This document shows positions 18,649-27,275 of a DNA stretch of 64,000 nt, one piece after another; position 1 is the stretch's first letter; every line of letters begins with the position of its first letter. Source of the DNA: Escherichia virus TH47; the sequence record MT446416.1. One strand, 5' to 3'. A program made the position numbers and the translations under genes. Under the pieces are notes generated by a model. The model saw nothing but the letters and a program-made list of their open reading frames with translations, was not told the DNA's origin and did no database searches.

Positions 18649-18741
18649 ATATTTCTCCTTTAAGTTAAACTAACCTAATGGAATGTCATTCTTCCTTTAC
18701 TACATGTTCTCATGGTTTAATCCTTTTGTCAATATCTAGAA

Positions 18742-18770
18742 AGAAAAAATCCCTGCCAAATGACAGGGAT
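18742..18770 (-). terminator. rho-independent terminator
   Basis: TCCCTG...CAGGGA hairpin followed on the minus strand by TTTTTTCTTTC. Confidence 0.5.
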
Positions 18771-18873
18771 GAAAAACTGAAATAACACATGGAGTTCTTT
18801 TTAAATTAATAAAAAGTATTATTATTCTTATGAAAGTATTTATCATGAACTCCAGTTTATTGCTTCAAATGAA

Positions 18874-19062
18874 TCAATAACCTTTTTGTGCTACTAGCTC
18901 ACGGTATTGAGCACGAGTTAGAACACCTTGTTTACGTAGAGCTTGAAGACTTGTTAGGGTTTCTGCTTTACGTAGTTCGAAAGTACGTTGTTCTTTAGAT
19001 TGAGTAACTTTAACTTTCTTAACTTTAGCTACTGGTTCTTGTTTCTTAGGTTGCTTTGCCAT
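18874..19062 (-). CDS. small basic protein (62 aa)
   Basis: Lys/Arg-rich ORF followed by a terminator. Confidence 0.4.
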   Translation of the reverse strand: MAKQPKKQEPVAKVKKVKVTQSKEQRTFELRKAETLTSLQALRKQGVLTRAQYRELVAQKGY

Positions 19063-19128
19063 GAGTATTTCTCCTTTGTTGTTAACAATATTATTATATC
19101 ATGTATGGGACGAATGTCCCACACATTA

Positions 19129-20568
19129 TTACATATTTTCTTCTGCAAATTCTGCTAGTGGTGAACGAACGACACCTTCTAGTTCGATTACACGACAGCC
19201 GTCCCAGTTTTTAAATTTCTCAACAACATATGTTAAGCCGCTGTTAACTGGGCTAATGAATTTACTATCAATCTGTGCCAAGTTTCCAAGAATAATCACT
19301 TTGCAGTTCATGCCAGCACGAGTAAGGATTGTCTTAGCCTGAGCAGGTGTGATGTTCTGAAACTCATCCACAACCAGAATGGTGTTGGTAAATGAACGAC
19401 CGCGAATGAAGTTCAATGCTTTGAACTGAATAACATTACGCTTGATTATTTCCTCAATACTACCTTGTGGTGATGCATCATCTTTATGTAAGAATTCCAA
19501 AGCATCCAATGCAGGGCCACAATGTGGTAGCATTTTTTCCATTTCAGTGCCTGGTAAGAAACCGATTTCGGCCCATTGTGAATCTTGTGGTTTTGAGAAC
19601 ATAATACGGTCGTATTTCTTCTTCTCAAGAACCAATTCAAGTGCAGTCGCAATGGTAATTAGCGTTTTACCAGTACCAGCAGAGCCTAGCAGTACTGTTA
19701 GATGAACATCAGGATCTAGAATACTGTTGATTGCTAGTGCTTGCTGAATATTCTTAGCCTTGATATCCCACACTTTAGCACGTAAAGCAACTGATTGTCC
19801 AACGTCCTGGAATACAAGAATATCTTCTGGTGTTAAAGTACCGTCGTCTTCTTCAATTGCAGATTGACCTTCGTACACAAATAGAACATCAGCATTATCA
19901 TATAGGTAATCACCGATGCAAACATTTTGTGGCATGATATGTTCAATCAAGCTTTTAGGAATGTAGTGATACAAACGGCGACCAACTTGTTCAGATTGGA
20001 TAGACACATCAGTTAGATTGCTATACACATCCCAAAAATCTAGGTCTAGGTGATGTTGACCAATGTGAATCAAATCACTATCACCAATCACGATATCATG
20101 ACGGTAATCTTGAACTTCTACCCCGTAGCTTAGAGCCTTGATACGCATGTTGATATCACGGGTAACAAGTACTGAATCAGTTGCTAATGCTACTAAAATG
20201 ATTTTATCATCTGGTACTGTGCTTTTTAGAAGAGTTTGAACTTTCTCTTCGTCGCCAGTAGTACGAATTAGTGCTTCAGCTTCTTCGCTTGTAATAACAA
20301 ACAATTTGCTTTCAGGACTCATATTAGTATGAACATCGGCAATATTAACACCAGTACTACTAATTTCTTCATGTGATGCATCAGAAAGGATTGCTTCAAT
20401 GTTACGGATTGCAACACGAGCATCACGGGAAACATCCACATTACGACTTTTGATTGAATCCAATTCTTCAAGTACTGTGAACGGTAGAATGATAGCTGCT
20501 CCATCAAAAGCAATGGTAGCATTTGGATCAGATAGTAGTACGTTTGTGTCAATTGTATATTTTTTCAT
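19129..20568 (-). CDS. phoH: PhoH-like ATPase with N-terminal PIN domain
   Basis: Walker A VLLGSAGTGKTLIT in the C-terminal half; PIN-like acidic N-terminus (IDTNVLL...). Confidence 0.8.
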   Translation of the reverse strand: MKKYTIDTNVLLSDPNATIAFDGAAIILPFTVLEELDSIKSRNVDVSRDARVAIRNIEAILSDASHEEISSTGVNIADVHTNMSPESKLFVITSEEAEALIRTTGDEEKVQTLLKSTVPDDKIILVALATDSVLVTRDINMRIKALSYGVEVQDYRHDIVIGDSDLIHIGQHHLDLDFWDVYSNLTDVSIQSEQVGRRLYHYIPKSLIEHIMPQNVCIGDYLYDNADVLFVYEGQSAIEEDDGTLTPEDILVFQDVGQSVALRAKVWDIKAKNIQQALAINSILDPDVHLTVLLGSAGTGKTLITIATALELVLEKKKYDRIMFSKPQDSQWAEIGFLPGTEMEKMLPHCGPALDALEFLHKDDASPQGSIEEIIKRNVIQFKALNFIRGRSFTNTILVVDEFQNITPAQAKTILTRAGMNCKVIILGNLAQIDSKFISPVNSGLTYVVEKFKNWDGCRVIELEGVVRSPLAEFAEENM

Positions 20569-20629
20569 AAAACATCCTTGAGTTATGAGTACATCCTTGT
20601 ACTCGACTAATGGTTAGTGACTCGGAATA

Positions 20630-20932
20630 TTACATGCTCGGTTCGTATTCAACATAACATCTTGAACCACGAGCCTTTTCCTCCCAGCATTCCTGGTAAA
20701 CTAGTTGACCAATTGATACTGGATCTCTTGATAACCCATTACGAACTTCACCAGTACTGGTTTTATAAGTAAATGAGCATTTATTTTCATTACATTGACC
20801 TAATCCCGTTACAGTCGCTGTATTGTAATGAATATTATAACGTTTAGTGTTCTCATGATATGAACTGAACCACAGAACACCTATACCTAACAGTGTTGTG
20901 CAAATAAGACTCTTGATATGTGTTGAAATCAT
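20630..20932 (-). CDS. hypothetical protein with N-terminal hydrophobic (signal or anchor) segment
   Basis: 100-aa ORF. Confidence 0.45.
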   Translation of the reverse strand: MISTHIKSLICTTLLGIGVLWFSSYHENTKRYNIHYNTATVTGLGQCNENKCSFTYKTSTGEVRNGLSRDPVSIGQLVYQECWEEKARGSRCYVEYEPSM

Positions 20933-21249
20933 AGTGCATTAAACCCATTGGTTAAGTAAGTTTCAATATTAACTTTTCCAACTGGATTACTACTATGTAC
21001 ATAGTATTTAAATGGTTCTTTAATATTATGCTCAAACATATAATCAATTAGAAATTTGGCAAAAGTGTATCCAGTTTTCTCATCTGTACTCAAGTCACCC
21101 AAGTCATGGTCAAATGAGACAAATGCTGGAATTCCATTTTTGATTACGTATTCACATGCACTTTCGTAGTCACGACACAATACCATCTCTTGGTCAGGAT
21201 AATATTTTTGATAATCGCGAATATCATCCAAGAACATTGAGTACGACAT
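20929..21249 (-). CDS. hypothetical protein
   Basis: 106-aa ORF. Confidence 0.5.
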   Translation of the reverse strand: MSYSMFLDDIRDYQKYYPDQEMVLCRDYESACEYVIKNGIPAFVSFDHDLGDLSTDEKTGYTFAKFLIDYMFEHNIKEPFKYYVHSSNPVGKVNIETYLTNGFNAL

Positions 21250-21258
21250 TTTAAACTC

Positions 21259-21810
21259 CTATAGATAGCTGATTAGTAAGTTTTCTTTTTGTACAAGATA
21301 CTCCAATTCTTGTTTCGCAGTTCCGATGAAGTTCTGTGTCATAAGATTATTATATCCTGCTTCTCGATTTTGTCCCTTAGAATAACGTGAGATGTGACAT
21401 AAATTTACACCCGCCACCTCTGCACTAGCATGTTTGCCATATGCATAATTATCACGAAGTTTTTTAAGTTCAGCATAAGTCATTTCATAACTATAGCTAT
21501 GGGTGTGTCCCTCTGGAAACAATTCAAGTGATTTTAATGGAGACAGGCGACTTTTGTCAATGATATAGTTCATTTCTTCTTGAACTTCACGCTGTAACGC
21601 ATCTTCTAATGACTTATCAGTACTTTCAACTGTTCCACCACATGCACCCAACAATCCATCCCAACGCACTTGTAGGAGTACTAAGTTAACCACTGGAATA
21701 TCATTTAGTTCATAATCAGCGTATGGGGTACATTCTTTTGCATAAAAGAAACAGAATACAAAATTTGCACGTTTCCCCATTTGCCCCAGTGGTACTTCAG
21801 CTTTACTCAT
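21259..21810 (-). CDS. Nudix-hydrolase-like protein
   Basis: GGTVE...REVQEE resembles the Nudix box (G-x5-E-x7-REUxEE) but the spacing is not canonical. Confidence 0.4.
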   Translation of the reverse strand: MSKAEVPLGQMGKRANFVFCFFYAKECTPYADYELNDIPVVNLVLLQVRWDGLLGACGGTVESTDKSLEDALQREVQEEMNYIIDKSRLSPLKSLELFPEGHTHSYSYEMTYAELKKLRDNYAYGKHASAEVAGVNLCHISRYSKGQNREAGYNNLMTQNFIGTAKQELEYLVQKENLLISYL

Positions 21811-22559
21811 CGCATTCGTTCCTTAATTATAGTTTCAACCTGTGGAATTGCTTTCGTCGCAGGTTTGATGACCTTCTCATTAAAAAGAAAATCATTATCA
21901 TTTTTTCGGATGTTCACATTTACACTATAGCATGGAAGTGCACCAGCTAGTCTGGACCATACCAGTACTGTATCACTGCTTCCAATAACTACAACTGTAT
22001 CATTTTCGGTGAGACTTTTCAACACTTCATTTCGTTCTTCATAAATGGGGAGACGTACCCCATCAACGTAGCGATGGTACTCACCAATCATCACTACATT
22101 TGGTTTTGCAAAAACATCAGCTTTAGGGATATATGGTTCATAACCACAATTAATGACATTGTAATCATCAGTATTAATAGAAAAGTTCTCAATTACTTCA
22201 CATAGATTTCCGTGTAGTTTGAGTTCGGTTCCACCAATTCTAGTATATAGATCATCCATATTAGAAGTCATGTGTAAAAAACAATCACCATACAAATCTT
22301 CTAATGATTTAATAAAGTAATGCATTTCATTAGGATGACATTCTCCTAATTTTACACGCAATGTATTATAAAATGAATGAACTACATGATACTTAGAACT
22401 AAGTCGTGCAATGTTACAAACATCATTAATTTTGAAATTGTCCCACAACCCATCATCAAAGCGGAATGGTTCCATCCCGCTCTCAACTGAAAGACCTGCC
22501 CCTGAAATTATAAGTAATCTTTTGTTCCCAGCATTTTGTATAAATTTATCTGATATCAC
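21807..22559 (-). CDS. SIR2-family (sirtuin-like) protein
   Basis: ISGAGLSVESGMEPFR near the N-terminus matches the sirtuin GAGIS-x-ESGIP-x-FR NAD-binding motif; downstream LHG. Confidence 0.65.
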   Translation of the reverse strand: MISDKFIQNAGNKRLLIISGAGLSVESGMEPFRFDDGLWDNFKINDVCNIARLSSKYHVVHSFYNTLRVKLGECHPNEMHYFIKSLEDLYGDCFLHMTSNMDDLYTRIGGTELKLHGNLCEVIENFSINTDDYNVINCGYEPYIPKADVFAKPNVVMIGEYHRYVDGVRLPIYEERNEVLKSLTENDTVVVIGSSDTVLVWSRLAGALPCYSVNVNIRKNDNDFLFNEKVIKPATKAIPQVETIIKERMR

Positions 22560-22568
22560 ATTTACTCC

Positions 22569-22769
22569 TTATATAAAAAGTATCAAGTTTAATACTAAAA
22601 ATACAATGATAGCAATATGATAGACATACATCCACTTATTGTGTCCATGTTTATTACCATTCCTGAATTCTCGGTATAAACATTTAGTGTGATTGTATAA
22701 CACCACACAAATAAACACAACTATGAAACAAAAAATCCACTCGTAAATTATGTATGCCATCAGATACAC
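22569..22769 (-). CDS. small membrane protein (two predicted TM helices)
   Basis: 66-aa hydrophobic ORF. Confidence 0.4.
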   Translation of the reverse strand: MYLMAYIIYEWIFCFIVVFICVVLYNHTKCLYREFRNGNKHGHNKWMYVYHIAIIVFLVLNLILFI

Positions 22770-22791
22770 TCTCTCTTTATAATTATTATTC

Positions 22792-23385
22792 TCAGTATTT
22801 CAAAATATCAAACTCTGGACTAACGCTTGTTACATTATCACTAACAATTTTGAAAATAGACTCAACACGTTCATGTAACTGAACATTGGTTTCTTCTTGA
22901 ACTTCAATATATGCTGACATGGATGCAATTGCATGATAAGTCCCACTTCCGACAGCAGTAATTTGTGTTTTAGGTTGCAGTACTGAAAAGTCTTCTTGAA
23001 CTTCATAAATTGTGTGATTATGAAGGATGATGAACTGACCACCACCAACATCTTGTGAAGCATCACGAGCACCCCATTCATCTTTGAACATTTGACGAAT
23101 GATAGGAATAACTTTCAGTACTAGATACTGCGAAAAGGTTTCTCCTGCAACTTGTTCTGGTAGAGTTAGGTTGTAATTCAACAACTGCCCCATGCGGAAC
23201 GATGTAGTGTACCCTAACGCCATTACTTCTTTTGTGCGAGTAAGACCATCCTCATTGAGTTTAATGAACTCTTTCTCAAACACTTTAGGCTCAGTTTGAA
23301 CTGCTTTAGTGAATCCATTGCTTCCTAATTTATCACCAGCGATGAAGGAAGATGTGCCATTTGTGTGAGCGATAATACAAGTCAT
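22792..23385 (-). CDS. HslV/proteasome-beta-like Ntn-hydrolase
   Basis: Start moved to the ATG at 23383-23385 (AAGGAG Shine-Dalgarno, ATGA overlap with the upstream stop), giving an N-terminal Met-Thr; ...TAVGSGTYHAIA resembles the HslV GSG segment. Confidence 0.5.
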   Translation of the reverse strand: MTCIIAHTNGTSSFIAGDKLGSNGFTKAVQTEPKVFEKEFIKLNEDGLTRTKEVMALGYTTSFRMGQLLNYNLTLPEQVAGETFSQYLVLKVIPIIRQMFKDEWGARDASQDVGGGQFIILHNHTIYEVQEDFSVLQPKTQITAVGSGTYHAIASMSAYIEVQEETNVQLHERVESIFKIVSDNVTSVSPEFDILKY

Positions 23386-23642
23386 GAAATAACTCCTTGT
23401 GCAAAAAGTGCCGTATATAACCAGTATATCAGCAACCCTAGTGTAAGTAAACATGCTCCATAAGAAATCGATAGAACATAGTAAATTCCTGCTCCGAACT
23501 TGGATGCAAATTTGTGTGTACTGGAATCCATAAAACCACGTTTGTAGTCTTTATAGATGAAACATGTTAAAACTAATGTAATGCAATATACAATAGTTGT
23601 TGCATAAAAAACAAGAGATGTTAAGTTTTGTAAATTTGTCAT
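23382..23642 (-). CDS. small membrane protein
   Basis: 86-aa ORF with hydrophobic helices. Confidence 0.45.
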   Translation of the reverse strand: MTNLQNLTSLVFYATTIVYCITLVLTCFIYKDYKRGFMDSSTHKFASKFGAGIYYVLSISYGACLLTLGLLIYWLYTALFAQGVIS

Positions 23643-23736
23643 AGTTTATACACTCCTAGTGTATGTTAACTTATAACAAAGGGGATGTACCACTTTATCA
23701 TCCTCTTATTATAATATTATTATTTTGTATCTAATA

Positions 23737-24345
23737 CTAATGAATGATACTACCTAATTCGAACAACTGCTCTGGTGTAAGTCTTACAACTTCATCACCA
23801 CGAACTTTACTAACCTCCACTAACAATTCTGGAGGAATACCATTCGCTGCATATAACGCAAATAGAACACCAACCTTAGTTGATAGCTGTTCTGCAAAAA
23901 TAGTCATTTGGCGAACTGTTATGTATGTGTCATCACTATTTCGTGCTTTACTTTCGATTGACACATTATGTAGACCTAGAATTGAGTCCTTCATCATGTA
24001 TCTGTTTTCTATATTAGCACTAAAGAATGCGATAGTGCAAGAAGAATTACAATATCTTTCAACAATAATTGTTAAATTGTTATCATTGACAAAATTTCCT
24101 AGTGCCACTCCCGCATCAAAATCACCACCTGGTGACGTAATGATGATAGTGTCAAATGGGTGTGTTTCTCTAAAAACCATCAAACGGTTTACAGTATTTT
24201 CAGTTAAAGTTGAAATGAACTGAACTGTCTGTTTAGATTCATCATATCTAATGATACTTTTTCTTTCATCACCTGCACTTGCAGGAAAGTTAATTAAGAA
24301 AATAATAATAATAGATTGGATGATTTCTTTACATAATCGTACCAC
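23737..24345 (-). CDS. secreted ClpP/S49-superfamily protease-like protein
   Basis: N-terminal signal-peptide-like segment ending ASA; IITSPGGDFDAGVALGNFV resembles the ClpP/SppA SPGG segment. Confidence 0.45.
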   Translation of the reverse strand: MVRLCKEIIQSIIIIFLINFPASAGDERKSIIRYDESKQTVQFISTLTENTVNRLMVFRETHPFDTIIITSPGGDFDAGVALGNFVNDNNLTIIVERYCNSSCTIAFFSANIENRYMMKDSILGLHNVSIESKARNSDDTYITVRQMTIFAEQLSTKVGVLFALYAANGIPPELLVEVSKVRGDEVVRLTPEQLFELGSIIH

Positions 24346-24472
24346 TGGTTAACCCTCTTAGTTGATTGTTGATTACATAAATAATATTATAGGAAGATTT
24401 AACTTAAGTCAAATTGTTTTTTTATCACTTCACACATTCCCTCGCAGAATCACCCCACATTTGTACCTTCTT

Positions 24473-24502
24473 TTGTATGATTATATCACACTAATGTATA
24501 AT
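24473..24502 (+). promoter_or_regulatory. candidate sigma70-like promoter on the plus strand (TTGTAT-N18-TATAAT)
   Basis: Read in the 280-bp intergenic region; would start a transcript of about 120 nt ending at the 24605-24627 terminator. Confidence 0.25.
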
Positions 24503-24604
24503 GTCTATGCTTTTGTTAACAAATAACGTGGTAGTACTGAACTCGTTGTTGGTTCTAAGAGTTTTCCTGAAATTCAAACAAGTTGTGTACTAACAAAAGA
24601 AAAA

Positions 24605-24627
24605 GGAGCCTTATGGCTCCTTTTTTT
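24605..24627. terminator. bidirectional rho-independent terminator
   Basis: GGAGCC-TTAT-GGCTCC hairpin with TTTTTTT on the plus side and TTTTCTTTT on the minus side. Confidence 0.55.
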
Positions 24628-24892
24628 ATTCTACCGTATTAAGTTTCTGACAAATCATGTCAGCTTCAACACGGTCTTTATAATAAATGGTAAAACCAAA
24701 TTTACCAGTTACTTTATACTCTTTACAAGTTAAACAATTTACAATGTAGTACTTGTTGTTTTGTGCTGAAAATCGTACTTCATGATTACGCATCACAGGT
24801 TGAGTAGTATTATCATTTAATACAATCATCACTAAAAGTACAAGAATCACAACTGCAAATGGAATACCTAAAATCAAGAAAGTCAAAGTCAC
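24626..24892 (-). CDS. small membrane protein
   Basis: N-terminal TM helix (LTFLILGIPFAVVILVLLVMIVL). Confidence 0.45.
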   Translation of the reverse strand: MTLTFLILGIPFAVVILVLLVMIVLNDNTTQPVMRNHEVRFSAQNNKYYIVNCLTCKEYKVTGKFGFTIYYKDRVEADMICQKLNTVE

Positions 24893-25365
24893 AACCCCTT
24901 ATCATAAATGCAATTTACAATAATCCCAGCATCTTCCAGTACTTTAATAGCTTCTGGTGGAGTGCGAGGATAACTTTTGTGATAAATCACGCGTGCAATA
25001 CCACTTCCTGCAATCAACTTAGAACAAGTATAGCATGGTTGTAGCGTTGTGTAAAGTGTTGCTCCCTGACGTTCGGTAGGTGAACTGTATAACAATGCAT
25101 TCATTTCAGCATGGATTTCATGGATATTACTCCATTCATGGTGTTCATGCTTTGCGTCATCGCTAACCCAGTCTTGGAAACGTCCACCATTAACTAAGTG
25201 CTCATTAGCGTCACAGCAGTTCGGTTGCTTAGATGGAGTACCATTATAACCAGTACTCAATACTCGGTTATTTTTAACAATAACACAACCAACTTTCTGT
25301 GAAATGCATTTACTCTCTTCAGCCACGACTTCGGCTATCTTCAACCACGTCAAGTGTTTCATCAT
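24889..25365 (-). CDS. cd: dCMP deaminase
   Basis: HAEMNAL ... PCYTCSKLI zinc-binding motifs; N-terminus LKIAEVVAEESKC aligns with T4 Cd as I recall it. Confidence 0.85.
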   Translation of the reverse strand: MMKHLTWLKIAEVVAEESKCISQKVGCVIVKNNRVLSTGYNGTPSKQPNCCDANEHLVNGGRFQDWVSDDAKHEHHEWSNIHEIHAEMNALLYSSPTERQGATLYTTLQPCYTCSKLIAGSGIARVIYHKSYPRTPPEAIKVLEDAGIIVNCIYDKGL

Positions 25366-25846
25366 ATACTCCTAGGGATTGTAATTTGGCTTTACAGTTC
25401 GAATGAATTTTAAGAATACGAAGGTAGTTTAGTACATCTGATTCTTCAATGTCAAATGGTTTCGCAGCATAAACGTCCCATGCACCCATTAATTCTGCAC
25501 AGAACTTGATATCACCAGAACTCAGCAACTTGTCACGGAATTGTTTAAACTCGATTTCTTCATCGGATAATGAAAAACCCAAATCCATAAAACACATACC
25601 GCCAGCACTGAAGCATGACCCAGATGATGTACCAATTAAAATATCATCCATCCCATATAAGCCGTAAAAAATATTGGAGTACCAAGTACTAAGTTTACTT
25701 CGGTGATGATATTTAAGAACATTCTTCTTGATATTTACATCTAATGAATTAGCTGTTGATATCACTTTTTTGGTTAAAATAATAGTTTTGTTCAAATTAC
25801 TCAACCATACTTTAGTATCAGTTGGGCTAAGAGCAGTGTATTTCAT
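25319..25846 (-). CDS. hypothetical protein
   Basis: 175-aa ORF; 3' end overlaps the cd start by about 47 nt. Confidence 0.5.
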   Translation of the reverse strand: MKYTALSPTDTKVWLSNLNKTIILTKKVISTANSLDVNIKKNVLKYHHRSKLSTWYSNIFYGLYGMDDILIGTSSGSCFSAGGMCFMDLGFSLSDEEIEFKQFRDKLLSSGDIKFCAELMGAWDVYAAKPFDIEESDVLNYLRILKIHSNCKAKLQSLGVYDETLDVVEDSRSRG

Positions 25847-25847
25847 G

Positions 25848-26372
25848 TTAATCCTCTAAATTCCATTCATCAACCACAGTTGAGCATAATTCCATGTGAC
25901 GGAAATATTTATCATTAAGTGAATATGGACTCTTATAAAATTGTCTTACATCAGTGAATATATCATAGTTTCTATATATAAATGACATATTTTTATTCAT
26001 GAATTCTATAATCTTCCATAACTTTTCTGTATCGTTTTGTATAGTTTCTGCACTCAATCCCGTCAATTTCATTAGACGCTTGATTTTAAAGCCAGACTCT
26101 ATTGGCGTATTATTATGCTTGGTTAAGTAACTATAGTCAATGGAACTATATATTAGTTCAATACTATCAGTACTGGTTATTGTTCCTAGAAATGATTTTA
26201 AATTTCTATTCAACCAATACCATTTTTTGTTCTTGTTATAGCAAGAATACCATTTTTTAACTATATCTATTGCCTCTGAATTTAAAACCTCGACAAATTC
26301 ATCAATTAAAAACATGTGATTGAAAAATACATCACTTTGATCTTCAGATAATTTATATTGCTGCATATCCAT
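25848..26372 (-). CDS. hypothetical protein
   Basis: 174-aa ORF. Confidence 0.5.
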   Translation of the reverse strand: MDMQQYKLSEDQSDVFFNHMFLIDEFVEVLNSEAIDIVKKWYSCYNKNKKWYWLNRNLKSFLGTITSTDSIELIYSSIDYSYLTKHNNTPIESGFKIKRLMKLTGLSAETIQNDTEKLWKIIEFMNKNMSFIYRNYDIFTDVRQFYKSPYSLNDKYFRHMELCSTVVDEWNLED

Positions 26373-26449
26373 CTACCCTATTAACAATTACACCTTGGGT
26401 ATTTACCTTGTATGGATCAATTTTTGATCAATAATTTTTGATATACAGC

Positions 26450-26478
26450 AAATAAAATGGGAATCATGAAAGATTCCC
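26450..26478 (-). terminator. rho-independent terminator
   Basis: GGGAATC...GATTCCC hairpin followed on the minus strand by ATTTTATTTG. Confidence 0.5.
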
Positions 26479-26485
26479 TAAGTAA

Positions 26486-26932
26486 TTATTTCTGGAATGG
26501 AGTGTACTGGTACTGCTCACAATCAGATACAGTTAGTACACCTTCATCATAACCGTACTGGAGAATAAGATCAAATGCTTTATCAACCATAGCTACAACG
26601 TCTTTGTAACGAACGATGGTATGTGCCTGTTTCTCAACTGCTTTCATAATACCCATCAACATCCAGCGACCTTCATCAGTGTGAAGTTTAGCAAAACGAG
26701 GACGTTTAGTTGCTGCCATAATGTCAGTCCATTCTGCTTTAAACACTGATGGACGTTTAGGAATATCATACAGAGTTGTTGGGAATGTTACGTTGTTTTT
26801 TTTCATAGCTTCAGCTTGTGCAGCACGATAACCTTGACGGAATAGTGGGTGCTGTGATTTTAGCTGTTCATTGTTAAAAACTACTTTGTTTTTAAACGCG
26901 GCAGAACCTTCTTTGTATTGTGCATTAGACAT
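26486..26932 (-). CDS. hypothetical protein
   Basis: Start moved to the ATG at 26930-26932 (MSNAQYKEG...), 1 nt after the upstream stop. Confidence 0.5.
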   Translation of the reverse strand: MSNAQYKEGSAAFKNKVVFNNEQLKSQHPLFRQGYRAAQAEAMKKNNVTFPTTLYDIPKRPSVFKAEWTDIMAATKRPRFAKLHTDEGRWMLMGIMKAVEKQAHTIVRYKDVVAMVDKAFDLILQYGYDEGVLTVSDCEQYQYTPFQK

Positions 26933-26933
26933 A

Positions 26934-27224
26934 TTATTCTTTCCCCTCGTCAGTACTGATGAATTTTTTATCTGAGAATGTGCCATGTTCTTGACGCATA
27001 GCTTCTGCGTGTTGAACTGCGTTAATTGGATTAATGTTCTTTTTAATAAGAACTTCTTGCATTAGTTCGAGAACAATAGAAAAACCATTGAGTACTCGCT
27101 CTGCCTCGTCAACACCTTTCAATTCAATAGCCACTGCACTAATCTGATCTAATGCGGTATTTATAAACTCTGAATCATCTAACACATCATTGACTTCAGT
27201 ATTATTACGTACAAGAACTTTCAT
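26934..27224 (-). CDS. hypothetical protein
   Basis: Start moved to the ATG at 27222-27224 (MKVLVRNN...) with GGAG 5 nt upstream; the track start is TTG. Confidence 0.45.
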   Translation of the reverse strand: MKVLVRNNTEVNDVLDDSEFINTALDQISAVAIELKGVDEAERVLNGFSIVLELMQEVLIKKNINPINAVQHAEAMRQEHGTFSDKKFISTDEGKE

Positions 27225-27275
27225 ATAATCTCCAGAAATAAGATGCCCCAAATGAGGCATCAAATGAAATTCAAA

